DNA from: an uncultured bacterium
GTDB lineage: Bacteria; Patescibacteriota; Minisyncoccia; UBA6257; 2-01-FULL-56-20
Direction of reading: 5' to 3'
Assembly (NCBI GenBank): GCA_963745135.1
Contig: CAVUWW010000013.1
Span: 1 to 52,838, forward strand
Length of the DNA stretch: 52,838 bases
The position numbers were made by a program, and so were the translations under genes. The notes beneath the pieces are model-generated. The model was not told the origin of the DNA and searched no databases. It saw nothing but the letters and a program-made list of their open reading frames with translations. This document shows positions 30,565 to 39,469 of the stretch, one piece after another. How positions within the stretch are numbered: position 1 is the stretch's first letter; each line of letters begins with the position of its first letter.

Positions 30565-31878
30565 ATGAACACTAAACTAAACGGGAAGACCGAAAAAAAA
30601 GAAAAGCGAGACAGTTTCCAGGCTCCCCGTGGCATGCACGACCTGATGCCGGCGGACGAGGCGTACTGGGAAAAGATCGAGGGCGTAACGAAATCGCTTG
30701 CGCGGGCGTATTCTTTTGGCCGGCTTGAGCCTCCAATTTTGGAATTCGCCGACCTTTATAGCAAGACGTCAGGCGAGGAGAGCGATGTTGTCCAAAAAGA
30801 GATGTACATTTTGAGGACGAAGGGAGGCGACACGCTCGCGCTGCGCCCCGAATACACGCCAGGCATCTGCCGCGCGTACCTCGAGCACTCGATGGGCCGC
30901 ATGGGCCAGCCGCAGAAGCTCTATTATTTCGGTCCGGTGTTCCGCCATGACCGCCCCCAGCTCGGCCGGTTCCGGCAGTTCAGCCAGCTTGGCTTCGAGG
31001 TCATCGGCGGCGTGAACGACCCGATCTACGACGCGGAAATCATCTCGATGTTTTGGGAACTGCTCCTTGAACTGAAGATCAAGAATTCTTCATTGAAGAT
31101 CAATTCTATCGGCTGCCGCGTGTGCCGGCCGATCTACAAGAAGCAGTTGCAGGCGTACTACAGAAACCACGAGAAGGAACTTTGCGAGGATTGCGTGAAG
31201 CGGATGAAGGAGAACCCGCTGAAGCTTTTTGATTGCAAGGTTCTGCAGTGCCAGCCATTCAAGGAGAAGGCGCCGAATTTTCTGGACAAGCTGTGCTCGA
31301 TGTGCATGGCGCACTTCAAGGCGGTGCTCGAATACATGGAGGAGATTGGCGTCACGTACGAGATTGACCATCATCTGGTGCGCGGGCTTGATTATTACAA
31401 CCGCACGGTCTTCGAAATTTTTGCAGACGGCAAGGAGGCCGAGATCGGCGCACTTGCAGGCGGCGGGCGCTACGACTACCTTATGGAGATGATAGGCGGG
31501 CATCTGACGCCGGCGCTGGGCGGTGCTGCGGGCGTGGAACGGATTATCGCGGTGATGAGGGCGCGCGAAATCGTCCCGAACGGCCGCGCGCAAAAGAAAG
31601 TGTTCCTCACGCACGCGGGCGACACGGCGAAGAAAAAAGCGTTTTCGCTTTTGCACGACCTGCGGAAGGCAGGCATTTCGGTCTCGGAATCGCTCGCAAA
31701 GGAATCGCTGAACGGCCAACTCCGGTCGGCGGACAAGGAAGGCATCGGGTTGGCGCTGATTCTGGGGCAAAAGGAAATCTACGAGCAGAGCATCATCATC
31801 AGGGACTTGAGGACCGGGTTGCAGGAGTCGGTGTTGCTGGAGAAGTTGGTGGATGAAATCAAGAAACGGTTGAAATAA
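30565..31878 (+). CDS. hisS: histidine--tRNA ligase
   Basis: 437 aa with class II motifs (LRPEYTPG, FRHDRPQLGRFRQF, GGGRYD) and an anticodon-binding C-terminus. Confidence 0.9.
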   Translation: MNTKLNGKTEKKEKRDSFQAPRGMHDLMPADEAYWEKIEGVTKSLARAYSFGRLEPPILEFADLYSKTSGEESDVVQKEMYILRTKGGDTLALRPEYTPGICRAYLEHSMGRMGQPQKLYYFGPVFRHDRPQLGRFRQFSQLGFEVIGGVNDPIYDAEIISMFWELLLELKIKNSSLKINSIGCRVCRPIYKKQLQAYYRNHEKELCEDCVKRMKENPLKLFDCKVLQCQPFKEKAPNFLDKLCSMCMAHFKAVLEYMEEIGVTYEIDHHLVRGLDYYNRTVFEIFADGKEAEIGALAGGGRYDYLMEMIGGHLTPALGGAAGVERIIAVMRAREIVPNGRAQKKVFLTHAGDTAKKKAFSLLHDLRKAGISVSESLAKESLNGQLRSADKEGIGLALILGQKEIYEQSIIIRDLRTGLQESVLLEKLVDEIKKRLK

Positions 31879-31883
31879 TATTT

Positions 31884-31960
31884 TGTCATTCTGAGGCGAC
31901 AGCCGAAGAATCCCTGATAATTTTTTGAAGGGATCCTTCGCCTGAAGGCTCAGGATGACA
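31884..31960. repeat. pair of GTCATYCTGAG...GGATCC REP-like hairpins in inverted orientation
   Basis: tgtcattctgaggcgacagccgaagaatccc faces gggatccttcgcctgaaggctcaggatgaca. Confidence 0.75.
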
Positions 31961-31965
31961 TAACT

Positions 31966-32394
31966 ATGGATTCCTGTCTCTTCTGTAAAATAGCCGACAA
32001 ATCAATACCGGCGGCAATCATCTACGAAGACGATAAAACCATCGCCTTCCTCGACATCCATCCGCGGTCGCCGGGGCATGCGGTCGTGATCCCGAAATTC
32101 CACGCGCCGACAATCATTGATCTGCCGGATGCCGAGATTGGTCCGCTCTTCGCCGCGGTGAAAAAAGTGGCGGAGCTCTTGATACACTCTTTAAAGCCGG
32201 ACGGCGTGACGATTGGCATCAATCAAGGCCGTGCGAGCGGCCAGGAAGTGGACCATCTCCACGTCCATCTCATGCCCCGCTGGCACAACGACGGTGGAGG
32301 AGCCGTCCAATCGTTGGTAAACAATAAGCCGAAAGAAACGGTGGAGGAGATGAGGAAAAAGATAGCCAATAGCCACTTGCCACTAGGGGATTAA
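31966..32394 (+). CDS. HIT-family nucleotide hydrolase
   Basis: 142 aa with the histidine triad HLHVHLMPR. Confidence 0.85.
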   Translation: MDSCLFCKIADKSIPAAIIYEDDKTIAFLDIHPRSPGHAVVIPKFHAPTIIDLPDAEIGPLFAAVKKVAELLIHSLKPDGVTIGINQGRASGQEVDHLHVHLMPRWHNDGGGAVQSLVNNKPKETVEEMRKKIANSHLPLGD

Positions 32395-32492
32395 GAGAAA
32401 ATCGCCCCGTGGCGCGATTTCCTGCCATCCCGGCGGAGGCCGGAATCCACGCTTTTAAAAAATGGACACCGCAATTGTTTTTACCTTCTGAA

Positions 32493-33184
32493 TTACCGCA
32501 TCCGGTAAATCACGTCCTTACGCTCAACTACGACTTGCCAGCCGGATTTTTTTGCAGCATCAAATAATTTCTTGTTAGGATTGAAGCAGATCGGCTTGTC
32601 CACTAATTTCAGAAACGGGATGTCGCTCTCGGTGTCTCCTATGCCAATCGAACCACTGAGCGTTACAGACTCCTTTCGAGGATTCGTTCCAAGATTTTCG
32701 CCTTATCCAATATTGGATCATCGCGGCGGGATTCACCGATGAATTTCTTTTTGGAGTCAATTTCATATCGGAATCCATATACCTTATCGAATCCCATCTT
32801 TTCGGCGAACGAACCCACGATAATCCGCGGCGAGTGGGAAATTGCCGCCAAATAGTATCCCTTCCCTTTGAGTTCTTTGACCAGATTGCGCGTGAAGCGG
32901 TAAACGCGGTTTTTGTGCAGCGCAACGACCTCGTTCGCCACGCGGAGGAAGTCGCCGTAGCGTACGCCTTTCAGATTTTTTCTGAACGCTTTCACTACGT
33001 TTGCGATGTACGTTTCGTAATTTCCCTCTCGATCTAGCCATTTCCGCTTGTCACGTTCGTAGATTTTTGCCGCATCCGGTTTGAAAATTCCCTCGTAGAT
33101 CAGCGCGTCCACAAGCTCGATAAGCAAACTTGACCGGAAGACAGTGCCGTCAATGTCGAAAATCGCCAGGCGCTTTTTGGACAT
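32493..33184 (-). pseudogene. HAD-IB family hydrolase, interrupted by a -1 frame break
   Basis: The N-terminal part has AIFDIDGT (DxDxT). The C-terminal part SIGIGDTESDIPFLKLVDKPICFNPN... is in another frame. Adding one base to the T3 run at 32674..32676 fuses them. Confidence 0.7.
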
Positions 33185-33195
33185 ATCTACAGTAT

Positions 33196-33235
33196 AGCTT
33201 GAAGACGGTCTTCCGCTGAAGACGGTCTTCAAGCT
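33196..33235. repeat. two tandem copies of the palindrome GAAGACGGTCTTC inside a larger palindrome
   Basis: Sequence agctt-gaagacggtcttc-cgct-gaagacggtcttc-aagct, 12 nt upstream of the HAD ATG. Confidence 0.8.
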
Positions 33236-33253
33236 GCTTGTGCCGCTTGACAC

Positions 33254-33581
33254 CGGAATGGGGTAGGAATAGGATAGGAAACAGTTATATTTTCTCGTAT
33301 TTACAGAGATTCCAGGCGGGAACGATGATCCTTGGGCATGGGGGATTTCTAGAGTCCCTTTTCTGGGGTGAGCGAACGTTTGGATAGTGGATGGGCCAAG
33401 CTATGATCGGATCCTGTTGGGTAGTATGACGGCTTAGGGGAGTCCCATGAACCCAATGATGCCGTGCGATAGAGTAACCAGGATTCCGGGAGTGGGCAAA
33501 CTCATCCATCCATCGTCGCGGGGAGTAATCCCCGGACGCAATCATAAATCAGGGCACCTTCGGGTGTCCTCGTTATTTTTT
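33254..33581 (+). ncRNA. candidate non-coding transcript ending in an orphan terminator (unclassified)
   Basis: No credible ORF and no upstream plus-strand gene. It ends in a UUCG-tetraloop hairpin plus T6. Confidence 0.25.
33551..33581 (+). terminator. intrinsic terminator (UUCG tetraloop)
   Basis: Stem agggcacc / ggtgtcct, loop ttcg, then cgttatttttt. Confidence 0.65.
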
Positions 33582-33641
33582 GGCTAATCGCTTTCCTTTC
33601 AACTATTGATTTTTCCCTCAATTGCCTTATACTCAATTCCC

Positions 33642-34889
33642 ATGAGGCGCCATCCCGGCCTGTTTCTTGGAATTATCATCATCGTCGCGATCGCGGCGGC
33701 TTTCTTTGTTTATCCGAAGGGCTGGGGCGCCCAGGCCGAGCCGTGGCGCTTGGGGCTTGACCTCGAGGGTGGCGCGCACTTGGTTTACAACATCGACCTT
33801 TCAAAAGTGGCGGCGGCCGACCAGGATTCCGTGGTCGCCGGGCTCCGCGATGTCATCGAGAAGCGCGTAAACCTGTTCGGCGTGAGCGAGCCGCAGGTTT
33901 ACACCGCGCAATCGGGCGGGCAGCAGCAGCTCATCGTGGACCTTGCGGGCGTGAAGAGCGTGACGGACGCGATCAATGAGATCGGCCAGACGCCGCTCCT
34001 CGATTTCCGCGAAGTGGACACCAGCGGCTCGACCACGCAATACGTTTATACGAACCTGACCGGCCAATACATCACGGGCGCACAACTTACCTTCGATCAG
34101 ACGACCGGCGCGCCGCAGGTCTCGATTACCTTCAATACGGACGGCGCGGAAATTTTCGCCAGGATGACGGCCGCGAACGTCGGCAAGCCGCTCGCAATCT
34201 TCCTCGACAACCAGCTCATCGAGGCACCGGTCGTGCAGGAAGCGATCACCGGCGGGAGCGCGCTCATCACCGGCAACTTCACGGTCGCCGACGCGCAGAC
34301 GCTCGTCTCGCGCTTCAACGCGGGCGCGCTGCCGGCGCCAATCACACTCGTGAACCAGCAGACGGTGAGCGCGACCCTGGGCAGCGACTCATTGAAGAAA
34401 GTCATCCTCGCGGGAATCATCGGTGCCCTGCTTGTCATTTTATTCATGCTATTCTATTACCGGCTGTTCGGCCTCTTCGCCGCGTTCGCGCTCGTGATCT
34501 ACATCATTCTCACCCTTGGCGTCTTCAAGCTGATTCCGATTACGATGAGCTTGGCGGGCATCGCGGGCTTCGTGCTCACGATCGGCATGGCGGTGGACGC
34601 GAACATCCTGATTTTTGAGCGCATCAAAGAAGAGAAGAAGCGGGGACTGCCGGACGCGTCGGCCGTCGAGGAAGGGTTCCGCCGCGCGTGGCCGTCCATC
34701 CGCGACTCGAACACGTCCACCATCATCACCGCCGTCATTTTGTATTATTTCACCTCAAGCTTCGTCCAGGGCTTCGCACTCACGCTGCTCTTGGGGGTGC
34801 TGGTGAGCTTGTTCAGCGCCATCACGACCACTCGACTTTTCCTTCGTGTCTTTGCCGGTGGGAGCGCAAAACCAGCAATGAAAATGTAG
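33642..34889 (+). CDS. secD: protein translocase subunit SecD
   Basis: Start moved to MRRHPGLFLG (ATG 33642). Large periplasmic loop followed by a 5-TM block with MAVDANILIFERIKEE. Confidence 0.9.
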   Translation: MRRHPGLFLGIIIIVAIAAAFFVYPKGWGAQAEPWRLGLDLEGGAHLVYNIDLSKVAAADQDSVVAGLRDVIEKRVNLFGVSEPQVYTAQSGGQQQLIVDLAGVKSVTDAINEIGQTPLLDFREVDTSGSTTQYVYTNLTGQYITGAQLTFDQTTGAPQVSITFNTDGAEIFARMTAANVGKPLAIFLDNQLIEAPVVQEAITGGSALITGNFTVADAQTLVSRFNAGALPAPITLVNQQTVSATLGSDSLKKVILAGIIGALLVILFMLFYYRLFGLFAAFALVIYIILTLGVFKLIPITMSLAGIAGFVLTIGMAVDANILIFERIKEEKKRGLPDASAVEEGFRRAWPSIRDSNTSTIITAVILYYFTSSFVQGFALTLLLGVLVSLFSAITTTRLFLRVFAGGSAKPAMKM

Positions 34890-34899
34890 ATTGTTAGAA

Positions 34900-34966
34900 G
34901 GGTATAGGGTCTAGGGTATGGGGTATAGGATACCCTAAACCCTAAACCCTAAACCCTAAACCCTAA
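34900..34966. repeat. inverted array hairpin, GGGTATR x4 / ACCCTAA x5
   Basis: Sequence gggtatagggtctagggtatggggtatagg-a-taccctaa(accctaa)x4. The secF ATG at 34967 abuts the right arm. Confidence 0.9.
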
Positions 34967-35860
34967 ATGTTAAACATCACCGGCAACAAAAAAATATGGT
35001 TCACGCTCTCCGGCATTTTGGTCGGCTTGGCCGTCATTGCGATGGTCGGCTTTGGCTTCAAGGAGAGTGCCGAGTTCAAAGGTGGCACGCTGTGGGAATT
35101 TTCGATCCCGAACGCGAATGTCTCGCTCACGGAAGTGCAGACGTTCTTCGCGCAGAATTTGAACGTCCCGGACGCACAGATCACCTTGGACACATCGAGC
35201 GGCGATTTTATGGCGCGGCTTGACGTGCTTGACGAGGCGACGCACCAGAAATTCGCGAGCATATTGCAGAGCCAATGGCCAACCTTCCAGGAGTTGAGCT
35301 TCCAGTCCATCGGGCCGTCGGTCGGCGCGTCGGTCGAGAAGAATGCGATTATCGCGATTATCCTCGTCATCATCGGCATCTCGCTCTATATCGCCTATGC
35401 GTTCCGCAAGACCTCGCGTCCGGTGAGCTCGTGGAAGTATGGTTGGATCACGCTCTTGACGCTCTTCCATGACGTTTCCATCCCGGCGGGCATGCTCGCG
35501 ATCCTCGGCCACTTTTTGAATGTCCAGATTGACACCAACTTCATCGTCGCGCTTCTCGTCGTGATGGGCTTCTCCGTGCACGACACGATCGTCGTCTTTG
35601 ACCGCATCCGCGAGAACCTGACGCTGAACCGTGGGAAGGAGAAGTTCGAGACGGTCGTGAACACGAGCGTGAACCAAACCCTCGCGCGTTCCATTAACAC
35701 CTCGCTCACGCTGATTCTCGTGCTCATTGCGCTTTATTTTGTCGGTCCCGCCGACCTCCAATATTTCGTCTTGACCTTGCTCGTCGGCGTCACGACCGGC
35801 ATCTACTCGTCCATCTTCATAGCGAGCCCGGCGCTGCTGCTCGTGAGTCCGAAAGAATAG
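34967..35860 (+). CDS. secF: protein translocase subunit SecF
   Basis: 297 aa with six hydrophobic segments and the motif HDTIVVFDRIREN. Confidence 0.9.
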   Translation: MLNITGNKKIWFTLSGILVGLAVIAMVGFGFKESAEFKGGTLWEFSIPNANVSLTEVQTFFAQNLNVPDAQITLDTSSGDFMARLDVLDEATHQKFASILQSQWPTFQELSFQSIGPSVGASVEKNAIIAIILVIIGISLYIAYAFRKTSRPVSSWKYGWITLLTLFHDVSIPAGMLAILGHFLNVQIDTNFIVALLVVMGFSVHDTIVVFDRIRENLTLNRGKEKFETVVNTSVNQTLARSINTSLTLILVLIALYFVGPADLQYFVLTLLVGVTTGIYSSIFIASPALLLVSPKE

Positions 35861-36025
35861 CTTCTCCGCGCGCAAATCCGAACGGCTTTTGAATCGTTCG
35901 GTGTGCGGGCGCTGGCGCTCCATTTCCTCGGTCGCACTCGGCAAATGGAGCATCCCGCGCCTGCTCCCTCCGATACGGTGGATTTGCGCACGGAATCCGC
36001 TCTCTCATTCCGGAATCCGGTCTCC
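35861..36025 (+). repeat. 3'-flank element (GCGCGCAAATCC clamp, inner hairpin, REP-like end)
   Basis: Aligns with the reverse complement of 19793..19957. The inner hairpin covaries (ctccattt/aaatggag versus cttcattc/gaatgaag). Confidence 0.8.
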
Positions 36026-36110
36026 ACAGCCTCATCTGTCTGATGGGCGGCAAAATGCCGGCAATTTATGGCCCGAGCGCGGACACGGCAGAATAATCAT
36101 TTTTCTTTCT

Positions 36111-36135
36111 TTGATATCGCAAATTGCGATATCAA
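36111..36135. repeat. 25-bp palindrome TTGATATCGCAA-A-TTGCGATATCAA
   Basis: 12-bp perfect arms. A related palindrome gtcgccaattgcgac lies at 36165..36179. Both are upstream of the endonuclease gene. Confidence 0.8.
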
Positions 36136-36211
36136 TGAGATATGTGTTTAAGCTTAAATTGGAGGTCGCCAATTGCGACTTCCATTTTTTAATCATTTTT
36201 TAATCTCGATA

Positions 36212-36220
36212 TGCTATAAT
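36212..36220 (+). promoter_or_regulatory. extended -10 box TGcTATAAT
   Basis: aTGcTATAAT, 23 nt before ATG 36244. Confidence 0.5.
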
Positions 36221-36243
36221 TGCGGAAACGCGTTATTCATACC

Positions 36244-36936
36244 ATGAATTGGTGCAGGGGATTTACCAAAGAAACCCATCCGGGCGTTGCAAAAATTTCC
36301 GCGACTATGAAGGCGCGGAAGATTGATAATTTCAAGCAATGGCGCTTGGGCATGATGGAGGCGGGGGAAATAAAGTCAGCATACCCGCCGTTTCCAAAGT
36401 CCGCCATGCTTGCGGAATATATCGGCGTTACGCTCGGCGACGGGCATATAGAGCAATTTCCCCGATGCGAAAGAATTACTATAGCCGGAGATCTTCATAA
36501 GATGGGCTATATCTGGCATTATTTTCAACTCACAAAAAAGCTTTTCGATAAAAAACCGATTGTCGCAAAGGCGAAAAATTCGAACGGTGTTCGGTTGAGT
36601 TTATACGAGAAACATATTTCCGACCGGTTGGGGATACCTGTCGGCAGCCGAAAGAATCTGGATTATAAGCTGCCCGCATGGATTGATGAAAATCCTGATT
36701 ATTTGGTCGGTTTTCTAAAGGACCTTTTTGAAGCGGAGGCATATCTCTCCGTCCATTTGCCGACCTGCACCTATAATTTTGCCTTTGTAAATCTTAACCC
36801 TTATCTTTTGAAGATAGTTGAAAATAGCCTGCGAAAACTTGAATTTCATCCCGAAGTGCGCCATAATGCCATAAGGTTAAGGAAGAAAGCCGAAGTTGAA
36901 AGATTCAGGACGCTCATTTCTTTTCGGGAATATTAA
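36244..36936 (+). CDS. LAGLIDADG-family homing endonuclease (free-standing)
   Basis: Two LAGLIDADG-type motifs: YIGVTLGDGHI and LVGFLKDLFEAEAYL. The gene is visibly more A/T-rich than its flanks. Confidence 0.75.
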   Translation: MNWCRGFTKETHPGVAKISATMKARKIDNFKQWRLGMMEAGEIKSAYPPFPKSAMLAEYIGVTLGDGHIEQFPRCERITIAGDLHKMGYIWHYFQLTKKLFDKKPIVAKAKNSNGVRLSLYEKHISDRLGIPVGSRKNLDYKLPAWIDENPDYLVGFLKDLFEAEAYLSVHLPTCTYNFAFVNLNPYLLKIVENSLRKLEFHPEVRHNAIRLRKKAEVERFRTLISFREY

Positions 36937-36942
36937 CCTGAT

Positions 36943-37016
36943 TGCCGGGTGGTGTAAGGGTAGCACGTCGCGCTCTGGACGCGAAAATCGGGGTCCGATT
37001 CCCTGCCCGGCAGCCA
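36943..37016 (+). tRNA. tRNA-Gln (anticodon CUG), CCA encoded
   Basis: Hand-folded: acceptor UGCCGGG/CCCGGCA (U1-A72), anticodon stem UCGCG/CGCGA with loop CUCUGGA, T-arm CGGGG-UCCGAUU-CCCUG, then GCCA. Confidence 0.85.
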
Positions 37017-37127
37017 TTCGACTCGCTGCGCTCGCTCATGGCTATAGCCGCTGACCCGCAGTGTGGTCTAGAAAGGGGTTCGCCTCTGTATTCTGGTTCT
37101 AACGTCTTCTACGATATCCGGCCGTTT

Positions 37128-37736
37128 TCACAACCTCGCCAAAATTTCTCCTGTCTTTCTCACGCGGCCGATGCGCGGGAAGGTTTTACTGACGGTAAAT
37201 TGGTGCTCTTCCGCCGACGCAGCCGCCATCGCGTCTTCGGCGAAGATTTGATTGTAACCATATTCATAAGCGAACCGCGCGGTGCTCTCGACGCCGATGT
37301 TCGTCGAGATGCCGCAGAGAACCATCGTTGTTATGCCACGCCGCCTGAGTTCCAGATCAAGTTCCGTACCATAAAATGCGCCCCATTGGTGTTTGGTGAT
37401 GACAAAGTCGCCGGGCTTCGGACCTATTTCCGGCACGATGTCCGCCCAATCTGGCTCACGAGTCTGGTTCCATGGTGCCACGTCAGCGATCGGGCGCAAT
37501 GCATCCTTCCCGTCCGGCGACGGCGTCACGTGTACCAAAAATATCGGCATGCCGTTTTTTCTGAAAGCATCCGCAAGCGACGCCGCGTTTATGACGACAT
37601 CAGCCGCCGTGTGTGGGACGGTCTCGCGTCCCACGATGCCTTTCTGGAGATCAATCACGACGAGCGCCGTTTTGGATTTATCGATGGATAGGTTGCCCAT
37701 GCTTCTCATATTGCCACTTTTATAAAGAGATGACAA
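37128..37736 (-). CDS. isochorismatase-family cysteine hydrolase
   Basis: Motifs ALVVIDLQKG and VLCGISTNIGVEST. The start is uncertain (TTG 37736, or ATG 37709 / 37700). Confidence 0.8.
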   Translation of the reverse strand: MSSLYKSGNMRSMGNLSIDKSKTALVVIDLQKGIVGRETVPHTAADVVINAASLADAFRKNGMPIFLVHVTPSPDGKDALRPIADVAPWNQTREPDWADIVPEIGPKPGDFVITKHQWGAFYGTELDLELRRRGITTMVLCGISTNIGVESTARFAYEYGYNQIFAEDAMAAASAEEHQFTVSKTFPRIGRVRKTGEILARL

Positions 37737-37769
37737 GGGATTTCTATTTTGACTTCGTTATTCAGAATT

Positions 37770-37778
37770 TGTTATGAT
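37770..37778 (+). promoter_or_regulatory. extended -10 box TGtTATGAT, 6 nt before ATG 37785 (leaderless candidate)
   Basis: Sequence tTGtTATGATaaaataATG. Confidence 0.5.
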
Positions 37779-37784
37779 AAAATA

Positions 37785-38210
37785 ATGGCAAACAAATTTA
37801 TTTGGCAGGACATATACAGTGTCGGCATCCCGTCAATCGATGCCCAACACAAGGACTTCTTCTCGACGACCAATGAGATCATTGACTTGCTCAACAGGAA
37901 GGAAAGCGCGACTAATGAGCAGCTACTTGCGGAGGTCATGAAACTTGTGAACTATGCCAATACACACTTCAAAACGGAGGAAGGATACTTTGACAAGTTG
38001 CATTATTTTGATGCAGCAACCCATGAGGCCGCCCACAACTCATATCGCAAGCGGGTGGCATATTATTTGGAAGAGTTTGCAAAGCCGGAGGTTGACACGC
38101 CGCGCATGGCGGACGAGATCGCGAGTTATTCGATTTATTGGCTGTCGGATCACATCCTTCAAGTGGACAAACAGTATACGATTTTTTTCAAGGAGCACGG
38201 AGTGAAGTGA
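37785..38210 (+). CDS. bacteriohemerythrin-like metal-binding protein
   Basis: Start moved to MANKFIWQD. His/Glu ligand pattern: IDAQHKDFF, HFKTEEGYF, HEAAH, WLSDHI. Confidence 0.8.
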   Translation: MANKFIWQDIYSVGIPSIDAQHKDFFSTTNEIIDLLNRKESATNEQLLAEVMKLVNYANTHFKTEEGYFDKLHYFDAATHEAAHNSYRKRVAYYLEEFAKPEVDTPRMADEIASYSIYWLSDHILQVDKQYTIFFKEHGVK

Positions 38211-38220
38211 TACAATAACA

Positions 38221-38448
38221 ATGTTGCGGAGAACGCTTTCAATGATCGCGGTTGTGCTCGGAATCGTCTTTGTCATCCTCGCTTTCTTTTACTGGCTCAC
38301 GCCGGCGGGAAATTTGCCGTCGTTCATGCCAGGATTCATCGCCGGGTCTTCGGCGATCCATTTCAAGCACGGCCTGGCGGCGCTCATCGTCGCAATTTTG
38401 CTTTTCATTTACGCATGGTTCGCGGGCGGGAAGAAATCATCTTTATAG
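38221..38448 (+). CDS. small two-TM membrane protein
   Basis: 75 aa with two hydrophobic helices. Confidence 0.55.
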   Translation: MLRRTLSMIAVVLGIVFVILAFFYWLTPAGNLPSFMPGFIAGSSAIHFKHGLAALIVAILLFIYAWFAGGKKSSL

Positions 38449-38498
38449 TTGAGCTTTTCCAAAGCGGTCAAAGAGAGGCAATAAAACAGCGATTGTTT

Positions 38499-38522
38499 TC
38501 ATTCGTTCAAATGAACGAATGA
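38499..38522. repeat. palindrome TCATTCGTTCA-AA-TGAACGAATGA
   Basis: This is the core of the 19751..19790 palindrome. It lies between convergent genes. Confidence 0.8.
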
Positions 38523-38542
38523 AGTTTGTAACACTCTTGCTT

Positions 38543-39403
38543 TCACAGAAAGAGGATCGACGCGATAATTCCGACCGCAATGCAATAAACGGCGAACGGC
38601 CACAACTTTTTTGTTTCGAAATATTTCAATAGGAACTTTACGGAAAGATACGCGAAAATTCCCGCGGCCACTGCGCCCGCCACGGTTTGGCCGAGGAACA
38701 TCGCCTCGCCGGGCGTCGTGAAGAGTTCGGGGATTTTCAAGACCGATGCGGCGCCGATGATGGGCGTGGCAAGGAGAAATGAGAAGCGGGCGGCGTCTTC
38801 GTAGGACAGCTCCGCCAAAAGGCCGCCGGTGATGGTTGAGCCGGTGCGCGAGAATCCGGGCACGAGCGCGAGCACTTGCATGAGGCCGATTTTGACCGTT
38901 TGCCGCCAAGAATTTTTCGCTATACGAATATCACTTTGTTCGCCGACGGTTTCGGTTTCAATTTTCTTTTTCTTGCGCAAAATGTCCGCGCTCCAGAGCA
39001 TAGTGCCGTTTAAGACCAAAACGCCGGCGACGAGGCGCGGCGACGCGAAGAGCTCGGCGAGCGATTGTTGGAATAATAGGCCGAGTATTCCGGCAGGGAT
39101 GGTCGCGACGACGAGCATCCAGCCAAGTTTTGCGTAAGGTCCGCCGGCGTCGATTGCGCGTTCCTTGAGCGAAATCCACATTCCGCGGAAAATTTTCATC
39201 CAGTCGTTCCAGAAAAAGAAGAACAAAACGAGCGCGGTCGCGGTGTGCGTGGCGACGAGAAAGGTCAAAAAAATAGGATTGCTCTGGTTAATGTGCCATC
39301 CGAGAAGCGACGGCAGGATGACGCTGTGCCCCAAGCTTGAAACCGGAAAAAGTTCGGTGATGCCCTGAAAAGCGCCGATCACGAGCGTCTGCAGATAGGT
39401 CAT
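38543..39403 (-). CDS. uppP: undecaprenyl-diphosphate phosphatase
   Basis: 286 aa, polytopic. Contains the GITELFPVSSLGHS motif and FSRTGSTITGG. Confidence 0.9.
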   Translation of the reverse strand: MTYLQTLVIGAFQGITELFPVSSLGHSVILPSLLGWHINQSNPIFLTFLVATHTATALVLFFFFWNDWMKIFRGMWISLKERAIDAGGPYAKLGWMLVVATIPAGILGLLFQQSLAELFASPRLVAGVLVLNGTMLWSADILRKKKKIETETVGEQSDIRIAKNSWRQTVKIGLMQVLALVPGFSRTGSTITGGLLAELSYEDAARFSFLLATPIIGAASVLKIPELFTTPGEAMFLGQTVAGAVAAGIFAYLSVKFLLKYFETKKLWPFAVYCIAVGIIASILFL

Positions 39404-39409
39404 GGATTC

Positions 39410-39418
39410 AATATATCA
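39410..39418 (-). promoter_or_regulatory. extended -10 box TGaTATATT, 6 nt before ATG 39403 (leaderless candidate)
   Basis: The minus strand reads cTGaTATATTgaatccATG. Confidence 0.5.
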
Positions 39419-39469
39419 GACGGCAGGTGGCACCCGTCCAATTTTATTTATGAAAGCTTTCGAGTTAGA

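Noticed and set aside
33254-33581. Assigning the ORF-free regions 16620..17015 and 33254..33581 to RNase P RNA, tmRNA, SRP RNA, 6S RNA or a riboswitch.
   Set aside because: I found no GGAAAGUCC/ACAGAACCCGGCUUA (RNase P), no tRNA-like 3' end with a T-arm (tmRNA), no GGAA-capped domain IV motif (SRP), and no convincing c-di-GMP-I or B12-box match. They are left unclassified.
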